DNA from: a virus
Taxonomy: Duplodnaviria; Caudoviricetes
Length of the DNA: 64,000 nt
Virus record (IMG/VR): IMGVR_UViG_2818991472_000001
Location: 32,001-96,000 of that record
Reading direction: 5' to 3' (one strand)
Part shown: in pieces, positions 9,491 through 18,744 of the stretch
Layout: every line of letters begins with the position of its first letter
Position numbering within the stretch: position 1 is the stretch's first letter
Notes under the pieces: model-generated
What the model saw: the letters and a program-made list of their open reading frames with translations, nothing else
What the model was told of the DNA's origin: nothing
The model's database searches: none
Position numbers and translations under genes: made by a program

Positions 9491-9539
9491 GGACCCCGGT
9501 CGACCACCCGGGCAAGGGAATTGAGGTCGACCGGGGTCC
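9491..9539 (-). terminator. Rho-independent terminator
   Basis: 15-bp stem GGACCCCGGTCGACC/GGTCGACCGGGGTCC followed on the minus strand by TTCCTATTTC. Confidence 0.75.
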
Positions 9540-9576
9540 AGGGGCTCCGGAGTTAGCGGGGTGGGTAGTGGCAGGT

Positions 9577-9879
9577 CTACCCGAGGCCCCCCGGAGTCGG
9601 GTCGCCCGACGGCTCGGCAGTCGTCGACGGGCTGGGAGGGGTGGTCTTGGTGTAGGTCGGCTGGGACGTCGATCCGAGGAGCACCGAGAAGGCGGGCCAC
9701 CGGCTCTCCAGCAGGTGGACCAGGGTGTAGTAGGCCGCGATGACCACGCCGGTCAGACCGGTGATCAGGGCGGCCTTGGAAGTCGAGTCCACGTTCACGC
9801 CGATGTCCGCGAGGGCGGTGACGGCAGAGCCGACTGCCACGGGCACGTAGGTACGGATGAGGGCCTGGGGCTGGGGCAT
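9577..9879 (-). CDS. Holin (putative)
   Basis: Start MPQPQALIRTYVP; two hydrophobic segments; IRT.VP...YY....LE.RWP pattern of actinophage holins. Confidence 0.7.
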   Translation of the reverse strand: MPQPQALIRTYVPVAVGSAVTALADIGVNVDSTSKAALITGLTGVVIAAYYTLVHLLESRWPAFSVLLGSTSQPTYTKTTPPSPSTTAEPSGDPTPGGLG

Positions 9880-9907
9880 GCGCTCTCCTGGAAGAGGGGT
9901 GATCTCA

Positions 9908-9939
9908 CCCCTTCCGAGGGCCAGCCCGCCTTGGGACAG
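9908..9939 (-). promoter_or_regulatory. Putative late promoter motif (holin)
   Basis: CTGT-N22-AAGGGG. Confidence 0.75.
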
Positions 9940-10067
9940 GAGCTGAGCGGTGAACCATTTTTGGCCACCACCGCGCGGAGACGCCACCGCGATCGACACC
10001 GCGCCCCCACCCCCCTGTCACAGTTCGCCCGGATGCCGATCATCGTAGGCTTATGCATACAGAGCGT

Positions 10068-10123
10068 GTCAAGGTCACTTTCACGGAAGTTGGCTGGACG
10101 GTCTCTCGTGAAACTGGCTTGAC
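10068..10123. promoter_or_regulatory. Divergent promoter/operator inverted repeat upstream of the XRE gene
   Basis: GTCAAGGTCACTTTCACG ... CGTGAAACTGGCTTGAC; each arm ends in an outward-facing TTGAC. Confidence 0.6.
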
Positions 10124-10212
10124 TGTGTAGCATCTGGCCCCAGTTGCGTACCACTCGTGCGGCGAGACCTCCATGTCGCGTCCCTCGGACCCGGAAAGGC
10201 CCAGGTGGCAAG

Positions 10213-10743
10213 GTGTCAGGAAGTCTGGCAGGCCGACTGGAACGACTGTTTGACCTCAAGCGCAAGACTGACGGCACGCGTTGGCCGTACTCCGAGGTGG
10301 CTGAACAGATCAACCAGCGTCATCACTGTGCGTTGATGACCGAACTCGCCGCAACGCTTAAATCCGAGGGAAGAAGCGCTGAGGAGATTGCGGAGGCTGT
10401 CGCCCAGCAGGCCGTCAAGTCGGTCATCACGGGACAGTACATCGGGCAGCTCGTCAGCGGCGCCGCCGACAACCCGACCAGAATCCGGATGCAGTGCCTC
10501 GCCGAGTTCTTTGACATGGACCCATCCTTCTTCTTTGACGGGGAGAAGGCGGCGATGATGGACCGGGAGTTGGAGATGCTCCAGCTCCTGAAGAACCCGC
10601 ACGTCCGAACGCTCGCGCGCGCCGCCGACAGGCTCGACAAGTCGGGACTGGCGGCGGTGCTCGCCATCATGGGCCACATGAAGGTCGCCCCCCAAGTGTC
10701 CGTCCCCGATGAAGACGATCAAGCTCGCCCCGACGGTTCCTGA
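10213..10743 (+). CDS. XRE-family (EspR-like) transcriptional regulator
   Basis: LAGRLERLF...SEVAEQIN...YIGQLVSGAADNPT...LAEFF...FFFD pattern; likely GTG start 10213. Confidence 0.85.
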   Translation: MSGSLAGRLERLFDLKRKTDGTRWPYSEVAEQINQRHHCALMTELAATLKSEGRSAEEIAEAVAQQAVKSVITGQYIGQLVSGAADNPTRIRMQCLAEFFDMDPSFFFDGEKAAMMDRELEMLQLLKNPHVRTLARAADRLDKSGLAAVLAIMGHMKVAPQVSVPDEDDQARPDGS

Positions 10744-10824
10744 CGTCAGTCATATGCCATACGCTGAGGCGGCCCCGGAACTGACCGGATTTCGGGGGCG
10801 AAATTAGGACGGAATCGGGCGAAT

Positions 10825-11370
10825 ATGCATGGAGTCAGTCGCAGGGTACGTAAACGATGGAATGAGACGCTCCGGACACTCGTCGTTGACGAGCCATTTA
10901 CCACGGAGTCGCTTCGCGCTGCCGTGGAGAGCCACCGTGGCCGTCCGCTGGAGATCGTCCAAGGAGACTTCCGCTCGCTCGGGGACACCCCGTGCGGGCT
11001 CTGGGTGAAGAGCTGCGACCGGGACCTGATCCTCATCGACAGCAGTGTCACCGGACCCCAGTACGACCAGACCGTGGGCCACGAGATCGGCCACATCCTC
11101 ATGGGCCACGAGCCGCTCTCCCCGGCCATGCTCGTCTCCGAGATGGCACAGCTGGTCGACATGTTCCAGATCCTGCCGCCCAGCCTCGTCCGCGACGCCC
11201 TCAGCGGCGTCGCCCTCGGGCGCACCACCTACGAGGACCACAAGGAGCGCGAGGCCGAAGGGTTCGGCACCCTCGTGGCCCTCCACATCAAGCGCGAGGC
11301 CATGCGCCACGCTGACGCCCAGGCGGATGAGGTCCTCTCCGGCCTGCGCGACTCCCTCGGCTTCCGCTAG
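10825..11370 (+). CDS. ImmA/IrrE-like HExxH metallopeptidase-domain protein
   Basis: PCGLW, HEIGH, EREAE motifs; adjacent to XRE. Confidence 0.8.
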   Translation: MHGVSRRVRKRWNETLRTLVVDEPFTTESLRAAVESHRGRPLEIVQGDFRSLGDTPCGLWVKSCDRDLILIDSSVTGPQYDQTVGHEIGHILMGHEPLSPAMLVSEMAQLVDMFQILPPSLVRDALSGVALGRTTYEDHKEREAEGFGTLVALHIKREAMRHADAQADEVLSGLRDSLGFR

Positions 11371-11385
11371 CCCCAGGAACCCCAC

Positions 11386-12663
11386 ATGATCATCTGGCTC
11401 TTCGTCATCCTGCCGCTGTGGGTCGTGGTGATCGCCCGGACCCCGGTGGCGATCCGGCAGCGAAGATCACGGCCCCTCTACGGAAGCTTCCTCTCCCTCT
11501 CGATCTCACTGACCGCCATACGACCCCAGGTCGTCGACCTGCTGTACCGCTGGACCCACATCGCGGGCCTCGCCGACCTGATCAAGCAGGTCAGCGGCAT
11601 GGTGGCGATGGCCTTCATCCTCAGCTGGGTCGTCTCGGTGACACCGCCGCCCAGGCCAGGCCAGGCCAACCGCCTCTACTTCCGCATCGCACGAGGCCGG
11701 ACCCGCCACGTCGTCACCACCATCTGCGTCTCCCTCGCCGTCGGCCTGTTCCCCTTCATGGACACCGCCGACCGGGCGCTGCCGGACAGCCCCGACCTCG
11801 CGCTCACCCAGATCGGCCACCCGCTTGGCGCGGTCAGCATGCAGACCTTCCAGATCTACCTGTGCTTCAGCATGATCAGCTGCGCACTGATGTGCTGGGA
11901 CGCCTGGCACCGGGACCGCCGGAGCATCCTCGGCCTGAGCATGTGGTGCGTCGCCTTCGGCTGTGCCGCCGGGTTCTGCTACGGCTTCCTCCGCCTGACC
12001 TACCTGGTCGGCATCATGGCCGGAGCCAGCCTCCCCAGCTGGGTGCTCTACGTGGGCACCAACGGCTTCGTACTACTCTCGGTCGGCTTCATCCTTGTTG
12101 GCACGTCCCTGCCGGTCCTTGAACGGATCAAGACCGAGCTGTCGTACCGCTCCTCGCTGATCAAGCTCCGGGCACTGTGGGACGAGGTCACCAGCGCGGT
12201 GCCAGCCGTGGTCTACTGCGGTCCCCGCAAGACCACCCGGCTCAACGACCGCTTGAACCTCCGCCACCTCGACGAGCGGCTCCACCGCCGGATCGTCGAG
12301 ATCGAGGACGGCGCGATGGCCCTGCAGACCTGGTGCTCGGCCTCCCTCGGCCACGCCGTCCGCGAGGCCGCCTCCGGTGCGGACCTGCTGTTCGCCCAGG
12401 CCCTCATCATCCGGATCGCGGCGAACCGCAAGCGCCAGGGCAGCCCGGCCGCCGAGGTCCAGGACACCGAACCCCTCCTGCCCACCTCGCCGAGCCCCAG
12501 GGTCCGCCTCGCCTACCTCGAACAGCTCTCCTGGGCGATCGAGCCCCGCCCCGAGATGCCCGACGAAGAGCAGATCAACCAGCTGCTCCCCAACCTCGAC
12601 ACCGAGTTCCTCAACCAGATCCGCTTCTCCCTCGGCCTGCGGACACGCCAGGAGACCCAATGA
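11386..12663 (+). CDS. MAB_1171c-family (DUF6545-like) polytopic membrane protein
   Basis: About 7 hydrophobic segments, then LRALW...LHRRIVEIEDG motif; typical context after XRE and HExxH genes. Confidence 0.8.
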   Translation: MIIWLFVILPLWVVVIARTPVAIRQRRSRPLYGSFLSLSISLTAIRPQVVDLLYRWTHIAGLADLIKQVSGMVAMAFILSWVVSVTPPPRPGQANRLYFRIARGRTRHVVTTICVSLAVGLFPFMDTADRALPDSPDLALTQIGHPLGAVSMQTFQIYLCFSMISCALMCWDAWHRDRRSILGLSMWCVAFGCAAGFCYGFLRLTYLVGIMAGASLPSWVLYVGTNGFVLLSVGFILVGTSLPVLERIKTELSYRSSLIKLRALWDEVTSAVPAVVYCGPRKTTRLNDRLNLRHLDERLHRRIVEIEDGAMALQTWCSASLGHAVREAASGADLLFAQALIIRIAANRKRQGSPAAEVQDTEPLLPTSPSPRVRLAYLEQLSWAIEPRPEMPDEEQINQLLPNLDTEFLNQIRFSLGLRTRQETQ

Positions 12664-13292
12664 CCGCCACAGCCGCCCCCGCCCGCCCGCAGAACAACGA
12701 CGGCACCAGAGCCCGACGTTGGGCACAGATGATCACCGACGGGATGGAGCCCAAGAACATCATCACCGCCGTCTGCGCGATCATCGGGTCCGGCCGCTTC
12801 GGCCTGCCCGGACTCGGCTGGGCGGCGATCTGTGTCGTCTTCGCTGCCGTACTGCCCGTCCTCTTCATCCACCGGGTGGTCAAGCGCGAAGGCGGAGGCT
12901 GGGCGCAGCGCCACCTGACCGAGGTCCAGCTGCGGATCGTCGTCATCCCGATCATCCTGCTGATGGTGACAGCGGGACTCCTTCTCCTGGTCGCCCTGCA
13001 CGCCCCGAAGGCGATCATCGCGATGCAGGCCGCCATGCTGGCCACCCTCGGAGCCGTCTACCTGATCACCGTGTGGTGGACCTGGAAGATCAGCGGGCAC
13101 ACCTCGGTCTACGCGGGGGCCGTGGCGATGGCCGCTGTGGAACTCGGCCCCTGGTGGTGGCTGGCGCTTCCCCTCGTGGTCATCATCGCCTGGGCCCGGG
13201 TCACGCTGCGCGAGCACACCCTGGCCCAGACCGTTGCCGGTGCCGCGCTCGGGGTCACCGTCGCCGGGACGGTCTTCGCCCTGCTGAACTAG
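12660..13292 (+). CDS. PAP2-like membrane protein
   Basis: ATG 12660 overlaps the upstream stop; WKISGH...WARV.LREHT..Q motifs. Confidence 0.75.
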   Translation: MTATAAPARPQNNDGTRARRWAQMITDGMEPKNIITAVCAIIGSGRFGLPGLGWAAICVVFAAVLPVLFIHRVVKREGGGWAQRHLTEVQLRIVVIPIILLMVTAGLLLLVALHAPKAIIAMQAAMLATLGAVYLITVWWTWKISGHTSVYAGAVAMAAVELGPWWWLALPLVVIIAWARVTLREHTLAQTVAGAALGVTVAGTVFALLN

Positions 13293-13310
13293 GGCCGCGA
13301 CATCAGCATG

Positions 13311-13348
13311 GGCTGCGCCCCGGGAGCGAATCGCCCCGGGGCGCAGCC
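13311..13348. terminator. Hairpin between convergent genes
   Basis: GGCTGCGCCCCGGG...CCCGGGGCGCAGCC. Confidence 0.7.
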
Positions 13349-13354
13349 GTGTCC

Positions 13355-14110
13355 TCAGATCTTCGTCGCACACTCCGGGCCGATCAGGCGGTCGAGCGAC
13401 TCCGGCGTGGTCAGCGGGAGCCCGCACCGCCAGCAGCACTGCGATGCCCGTGCCCACGCCTTCCCAGCGGTGATCTGGTCACCGGCGAGTGCGGCCAGGG
13501 CCTGGCGCAGCCGCGTGCTGCCCTGGTGGGCCTTCCAGACGAACAGGGTCTTGTCGGCTTCGTCGGCGTTGGCGAAGTTGGTGTAGTCCGCCGTGTTCTC
13601 CGGCCCGCTGAGGTAGGCCACCAGGAAGCGGCCCGGCATGAACTTCTCGCCCGCCTTCTGCCGCCGGACCCGCAGGGTGACGTGCCCGCCGCCGTCGACG
13701 CCCTCCACGGTGAAGTAGCCCGGGAGGAGAACGGTGCCGCTGGGCAGGCGCACCGGACCCGACTTCGGCGAGCTGGCGGAGGAGGCCGGGGTAGCCGTCT
13801 TCTTGACGGGCGCGGCGGCCTTGGGCTCGGCCGAGGCGGTCGTCAGGCAGCGGCCGTTGTCGTCAGTGCGGTGGCGGACGGTCCAGGCAGTCCCGGTCTT
13901 CTCCCGCAGACCTGCACCGGCGGCCACCGTGGTGCCGCAGACGGTGCAGGTGCCGGGGTAGGCGTTCGCGGCCTCCCGGACGGGCTTGGAGGCGGTCTTC
14001 GGGGCCTCGGGCGCGGGGAGGGGCGCGGTTCGGGGGGTCTCGTACGAGAAGACCGGCCTGCCGTTCTCGATGCCCAGGACCCGGAGGGGCCCCGAAATGA
14101 AATGCGCCAT
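13355..14110 (-). CDS. DUF6011-like Zn-finger protein
   Basis: N-terminal YPGTCTVCG; C-terminal CWRCGLPLTTPES...IGPEC. Confidence 0.75.
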   Translation of the reverse strand: MAHFISGPLRVLGIENGRPVFSYETPRTAPLPAPEAPKTASKPVREAANAYPGTCTVCGTTVAAGAGLREKTGTAWTVRHRTDDNGRCLTTASAEPKAAAPVKKTATPASSASSPKSGPVRLPSGTVLLPGYFTVEGVDGGGHVTLRVRRQKAGEKFMPGRFLVAYLSGPENTADYTNFANADEADKTLFVWKAHQGSTRLRQALAALAGDQITAGKAWARASQCCWRCGLPLTTPESLDRLIGPECATKI

Positions 14111-14142
14111 AACTGCTTCCTCCCGAGCTTGAATAAGAAGAC

Positions 14143-14166
14143 CGTAACCTAGATATCTAGGTTACG
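14143..14166 (-). promoter_or_regulatory. Perfect 24-bp palindromic operator inside a TTGCGT-N17-TACGGT promoter
   Basis: CGTAACCTAGATATCTAGGTTACG. Confidence 0.75.
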
Positions 14167-14253
14167 CAAACACTTTCTGGAAACGCGAAGAGCGGCCGGG
14201 CCCGCAGGCACCGACCGCTCTTCAACCCTCCGCCGCCACTTGGCGGCCCTGGC

Positions 14254-14685
14254 TCACGCCCTCATCAGGACCTTCAGCGCCAACGTCAGCTCCTCCGGCG
14301 TCAACTCCTGCCCGGCCGCGACCTTCTGCCGGACCTGGATGACCAGCCGCTCCTCCGCCGAAGCCCCGTAGTACGGGTCCGGACGGTGGGCCGCCAGCAG
14401 CGACCGCAGCTGCGTCGGGTCCACCGACGACGGCGACACGAACAGCGTCAGCGGGTGGTCCGCGTCCACCGGAATCTCCGCGCCGGGCAAGTTGCCCACC
14501 GGCGCCTCGCGGGGCACGTACACCGCCAGCTGGACTGCATCGCCCAGCGCGTCGCGCAGCTCGTGCTGGAACTGGCCCAGGTTGATCGGCGACGTCCAGG
14601 TCACCATCTGCGAGTTGCCGCCGAACGGGTCCAGGGCTCCGACCCCGGCGTCCTGCGTCATGCCCTCGTCTGCCACAACGATCAC
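14254..14685 (-). CDS. Hypothetical virion-region protein
   Basis: GGAGGAG RBS and late motif upstream. Confidence 0.7.
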   Translation of the reverse strand: MIVVADEGMTQDAGVGALDPFGGNSQMVTWTSPINLGQFQHELRDALGDAVQLAVYVPREAPVGNLPGAEIPVDADHPLTLFVSPSSVDPTQLRSLLAAHRPDPYYGASAEERLVIQVRQKVAAGQELTPEELTLALKVLMRA

Positions 14686-14728
14686 TCCTCCCGTGAACCG
14701 GCACTGCTGGTGGTCCGCAGTGCTTCCG

Positions 14729-14760
14729 CCCCTTCCCCGCTCAGTCCAGCCACGGGACAG
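14729..14760 (-). promoter_or_regulatory. Putative late promoter motif
   Basis: CTGT-N22-AAGGGG. Confidence 0.75.
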
Positions 14761-16279
14761 GGTCGAGGTCGGCGTAGTGCGTGCCCTCGATCTGGAGCGA
14801 GCCGAGGTTCCTGGCCAGCACGTCCTCCCCCTCCTCGATCAGGGCCCGGCGCTCGGCCGGGGTGAAGTCCCGCAGCGCGTGCTTCGCGAACCGGCGCGCC
14901 GTATACGGCGTCAGCGCCTCGTCCTCCGCCGGAATCCCGAGGTCACCGCCGTCGGTCGAGGGCAGCGCACCGTCCGGCTGGTCGTGCAGAACGGCCTGCG
15001 CCCCTGCCTCGTCCGGGGCCAGCGTCCCCAGCCGGTCGTCGAGCGATCCGGGCAGAGCGTGGCTCCAGCCCTCCGGATCGGCTCCGGCCAGCGGCCCGGC
15101 CGACACCGGGTTCTCCCCGGCACGCGGCGGGGACGTCGCCCCCAGCGCCGGGGGCGCCAGCACGCTGCCGCTGCCGGGCTCACCGAACGGTGAACCGACC
15201 GACGCCACGACCCCTGCCGCCGCCAGCGCCAACCGGACCTCCGCCGGGTCCTCTCCCGACTCCACCATGGCCCGCGCGACCAGCCGCAGCGGCGCCTCGG
15301 CCACCGCGAGCGAGGACGCCCGGCCGAACTCGTTCCGGGCCTGGTCGATGTCCCACTTGACCACGACATGCCTGGGCACCCAGTCCGGCCGCTCCTGGTC
15401 CGCCATCACATCCCGGCCGAACATCCCCCGGCTCTGCGCCTCGTACGTCAGCGCGAGAGCGTGGCTGCACATCCGCCCGGCGAAGCGCGAGAAGTCGTCG
15501 CTGGCCCCCCAGTGGTACGCGCCCCACTTGCAGCCGCAGCTCCATGCCTGGATCGAGGACCTGCCCGGCAGCCGCTGCAGGCCCGTCTCGTAGACCTCGT
15601 GGTCACCCCGGACCTCGCCGACGACCAGGCCGTCCGTGGCCAGGGTGACCCGGACGCCGCCCTCGGTCCTGATCCGCTTGGCCTTCGCAACGACGTCCCT
15701 CCACGCGGCGGTGATCTGGAACCGGAAGTCGCCGTCGGTCGCTGCGATGACCAGCATCGAGGTGAAGGGGAAGGAGTCCTTGCCGTCGTCCTTCTTGCCG
15801 TCCTTGTCGTCGTCGCCGTTGCCCTTGTCGTCGTCGGAGTCGTCCTTCTTGCCGTCGTCCGAGTCAGAGTCAGAGTCATCGTCGTCCTGGTCATCCCGAT
15901 CGTCGTCGTCGGAGTCGCCGTCCTGCTTCGCCGCGACGTGGCGCAGCCCGGCCGGATCAGGCCGGGAGACGAGAACCTCGGCCAACTCCGGGTAGTCGTC
16001 GGCCGCCGTCCCCCGGGCCGCCAGCGCGGTCGGAGCAGGACGCAGCTGAGAAGCGGTGTACGACCCGCCGCCAAGACCCCCATGCAGGTCGACCTTGTAC
16101 TCCTCCCAGCCCGGGAACGGGCCGTCGAGCACAGCCCGGACGGTTCCGGGCAGTCCCTCGGGAGTCATCACCACCTGGTCCGGCCGGTACTCCCAGTACT
16201 CCTCCGAGGCCACAGCAAGGCGCTGGGCCGCCAGGGTCTGGTGACCAGCCGTCCGCCGCATCCGCCGCCTGCTCGCCAT
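14741..16279 (-). CDS. Head-associated protein with SWIM Zn finger and D/K-rich linker
   Basis: Start MASRRR; WSCGCKW...RMCSHALA (SWIM-type CxC...CxH); long Asp tract. Confidence 0.7.
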   Translation of the reverse strand: MASRRRMRRTAGHQTLAAQRLAVASEEYWEYRPDQVVMTPEGLPGTVRAVLDGPFPGWEEYKVDLHGGLGGGSYTASQLRPAPTALAARGTAADDYPELAEVLVSRPDPAGLRHVAAKQDGDSDDDDRDDQDDDDSDSDSDDGKKDDSDDDKGNGDDDKDGKKDDGKDSFPFTSMLVIAATDGDFRFQITAAWRDVVAKAKRIRTEGGVRVTLATDGLVVGEVRGDHEVYETGLQRLPGRSSIQAWSCGCKWGAYHWGASDDFSRFAGRMCSHALALTYEAQSRGMFGRDVMADQERPDWVPRHVVVKWDIDQARNEFGRASSLAVAEAPLRLVARAMVESGEDPAEVRLALAAAGVVASVGSPFGEPGSGSVLAPPALGATSPPRAGENPVSAGPLAGADPEGWSHALPGSLDDRLGTLAPDEAGAQAVLHDQPDGALPSTDGGDLGIPAEDEALTPYTARRFAKHALRDFTPAERRALIEEGEDVLARNLGSLQIEGTHYADLDPVPWLD

Positions 16280-16308
16280 GTGCTCTCCTCCGTGGCTCCC
16301 GACTCTCA

Positions 16309-16341
16309 CCCCTTGATCCGGTCGGGAACGCGCCCCGACAG
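16309..16341 (-). promoter_or_regulatory. Putative late promoter motif
   Basis: CTGT-N23-AAGGGG. Confidence 0.65.
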
Positions 16342-16345
16342 CAGA

Positions 16346-16732
16346 TCACTTGCCGAGCGGGCTCCACAGCGCCACCAGGACCGGCACGATGATGGCCGAC
16401 ACCGGGATCACGACCTTGAACCACACGTTCATCCGGCGCTGGTGGGCGACTTCCCGGCGCTGCTCCTCACGCCGCAGCTGCTCGACATGCTCACGCCGAA
16501 CCCGCTCCTCCAAGGCCGCACGCTTGCGGTCCTGCTCGGCCAGCTCCTGCTCAGCTCGCCCCAGCCGCAGTTCCAGCAGCGCCTTCTCCGCCGACCACTG
16601 CTCCCGGGTCAGGAAGGAGTCCAACCGCTCCCGCACATCGGTGAGTACCTCGTGGATCTGACGGCGCGTCTGTTCCGCGTCCTTCTGGATCAGCTCCCAC
16701 AGCGCGCCGGTGCTCATCTGGTCGTCCGACAT
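16346..16732 (-). CDS. Coiled-coil protein with C-terminal TM helix (lysis-associated?)
   Basis: Heptad region plus one hydrophobic C-terminal segment; next to the endolysins. Confidence 0.65.
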   Translation of the reverse strand: MSDDQMSTGALWELIQKDAEQTRRQIHEVLTDVRERLDSFLTREQWSAEKALLELRLGRAEQELAEQDRKRAALEERVRREHVEQLRREEQRREVAHQRRMNVWFKVVIPVSAIIVPVLVALWSPLGK

Positions 16733-16764
16733 CCTGCGCCCCCTGCGGTGTGAGTCCTGATTCA

Positions 16765-16796
16765 CCCCTTCCTTGGGCCGGGCGCAGGCGGAACAG
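16765..16796 (-). promoter_or_regulatory. Putative late promoter motif
   Basis: CTGT-N22-AAGGGG. Confidence 0.75.
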
Positions 16797-16811
16797 GGAA
16801 GGCCAGGAACG

Positions 16812-16846
16812 CCGGAGGGCCCGCCAGCAGCTGGCGGGCCCTCCGG
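16812..16846 (-). terminator. Hairpin after the endolysins
   Basis: CCGGAGGGCCCGCCAGC/GCTGGCGGGCCCTCCGG. Confidence 0.7.
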
Positions 16847-16860
16847 TCAAGCTCTCCCGA

Positions 16861-17637
16861 TCACGTGATCGGCGCGGTCCAGGCGGCGGACCAGGTCTTG
16901 GGCCCGATGATCCCGTCGGTGCCCAGCTGCTTCTCGTCCTGGAACTGCCGGACGACCCGGTCGGTCTGCGGACCGAAGATCCCGTCGACGCCGATCGTCC
17001 AGCCCCGGTGGCTCATCTGCGCCTGCCACTGCCGCACGTCGTCGCCGCTCATGCCCTGCTGCAGGTACCGGCCGGGCCACGCGGGCGCGGACGACGCCGG
17101 GGGCTGCGGCGTCGGGGACGGGGTGGGCTGGCCGCCCGGCCTCGGCGCACCGGCCTGGACCCAGGCGTAGAGCGGCTCACCCGGGCAGTCGGTCGCGTAC
17201 CCGTCGCGGTGGCCCTTGATCTCCGGCCCGGCCCCGTTGGCCTGGAGCAGCTCGATCGCGTCGCGCAGCGCGCCGAGCATCGCGTCGGTCGGCTGCGTCA
17301 TCCCCTCCGAGCCGAGGAGCCCGCACACTGCGTAATCGGCGTGGTTCAGCGGCTGGTTCCCGTTCGCGCCGGTTTCCTTGCGCAGGCCACGGCCCTCGAA
17401 GACCCAACCATGCTGGCAGCAGCCGTAGTTGTACGCGATGTCCACCCAGCCCTGGACCGGGTCGGACATGTGCGCGACGCGGATGTCCTTCCACAGCTGG
17501 ATGCACTGGCTGTGATCGCCAGCCAGGGTCGTGGGGACGTTGCCGCCCTCGTAGTGGACCTTGACGCCCTGGGTGGTCGGCTGATCGGCGGCTGCCGTCG
17601 CGGGCCAGCCCAGCTGGTCGCGGGTGAGAAGCTGCAT
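16861..17637 (-). CDS. Endolysin 2: N-acetylmuramoyl-L-alanine amidase plus PG_binding_1
   Basis: KVHY, DIAYN, FEGRG, GHRD, CPG amidase_2 motifs; G.DV..WQ...VDGIFGP.T...FQ...DGIIGP.TW. Confidence 0.9.
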   Translation of the reverse strand: MQLLTRDQLGWPATAAADQPTTQGVKVHYEGGNVPTTLAGDHSQCIQLWKDIRVAHMSDPVQGWVDIAYNYGCCQHGWVFEGRGLRKETGANGNQPLNHADYAVCGLLGSEGMTQPTDAMLGALRDAIELLQANGAGPEIKGHRDGYATDCPGEPLYAWVQAGAPRPGGQPTPSPTPQPPASSAPAWPGRYLQQGMSGDDVRQWQAQMSHRGWTIGVDGIFGPQTDRVVRQFQDEKQLGTDGIIGPKTWSAAWTAPIT

Positions 17638-17667
17638 TCCTTTACCCCTTTGGTAGTTGAGTTGACG

Positions 17668-18714
17668 TCAGTTCGCCGGAACGCGCAGCTGGGCCCAGCT
17701 GGTGGGGCCCGGGATGCCGTCGGCGGCGTCGCCGGAGTAGCCGAGCGAGCGCTGGAAGGCCGCGTAGGACGCCTGGTCGGCCGGGCCCCAGTCGGGGCCG
17801 GGGCCGACGCGGTACTGGGAGAAGCCAAGGGCGACCAGGCGCTGGCCCATCCGGGTGATCACGTCGGAGTGCTGGCCGTCGTGGAAGAAGTCCTGGCCGG
17901 GGAAGGGCTCCAGGGCGGCGTCGAGGAGCTGGTGCAGGGACTGCTCGCCCGGGACGCCGTCGGCCGCCGCTCCGCTGTAGCCCAGGGAGCGCTGGTAGTC
18001 GGCGTAGTTGAGGGTGTCGGCGTCCGTCCAGTCGGGGCCCGGACCGACCTGGTAGTGGCTGCCGAAGCCGCGTGCCACCAGGGCCTGGCCGACCCGGGTG
18101 ACCTGGTCTCCGTGGGCGCCGTAGCCGTAGACTTGGCCGTCGATCGTGACCTGGTAGCGGGCGATGGCCGGGGTGGGCGGCTGCTCGGGCTGCGGTGCCG
18201 GGGAGGTGCCGCCCGGCCGGGGCGCACCGGCCTGCACCCAGGAGTACAGGGGGTCACCCGGGCACTCGGTCGGGTACCCGTCGCGGTGGCCCTTGATCTC
18301 CGGCCCGGCCCCGTTGGCCTGGAGCAGCTCGATCGCGTCGCGCAGCGCGCCGAGCAGTGCGTCGGTGGGCTGGGTGAGCCCCTCGGAGCCGATCAGGGCG
18401 ACGACGGCGTAGTGGTCCCGGTTGAGCTGCTGGTTCCCGTTGGCCCCGGTGCGCTTGCCGATGCCACGGCCCTCCAGCACGTAACCGTGCTGGCACGAGG
18501 CGTAGTTGTACGCGACGTCTACCCAGTTCTCGGTCTTGTTGGCGAGGTGGCTGGCCCGGATCGACTGCCACTCCTGGATGCACCGGCTGTGGTCGCCGAG
18601 CAGGTCGGTGGAGACCGGAGTGCCCTCGTAGTGAATCTTGACGCCCTGGGTGGTCGGCTGGTCGGCCGCCGCCGAGGCGGGCCAGCCCAGCTGGGCGCGG
18701 GTGATGAGCTGCAT
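17668..18714 (-). CDS. Endolysin 1: amidase plus two PG-binding repeats
   Basis: Same amidase motifs; twice Y.VGPGPDW..AD...YQ/FQRSLGYSG.AADG.PG. Confidence 0.9.
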   Translation of the reverse strand: MQLITRAQLGWPASAAADQPTTQGVKIHYEGTPVSTDLLGDHSRCIQEWQSIRASHLANKTENWVDVAYNYASCQHGYVLEGRGIGKRTGANGNQQLNRDHYAVVALIGSEGLTQPTDALLGALRDAIELLQANGAGPEIKGHRDGYPTECPGDPLYSWVQAGAPRPGGTSPAPQPEQPPTPAIARYQVTIDGQVYGYGAHGDQVTRVGQALVARGFGSHYQVGPGPDWTDADTLNYADYQRSLGYSGAAADGVPGEQSLHQLLDAALEPFPGQDFFHDGQHSDVITRMGQRLVALGFSQYRVGPGPDWGPADQASYAAFQRSLGYSGDAADGIPGPTSWAQLRVPAN

Positions 18715-18744
18715 GCTCTGCTCCTCCAGAGAGGGTGGGTTCCA

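Noticed and set aside
15780-15925. Tandem GAC/AAG-rich repeat as a non-coding VNTR
   Set aside because: It is the in-frame Asp/Lys linker of 14741..16279
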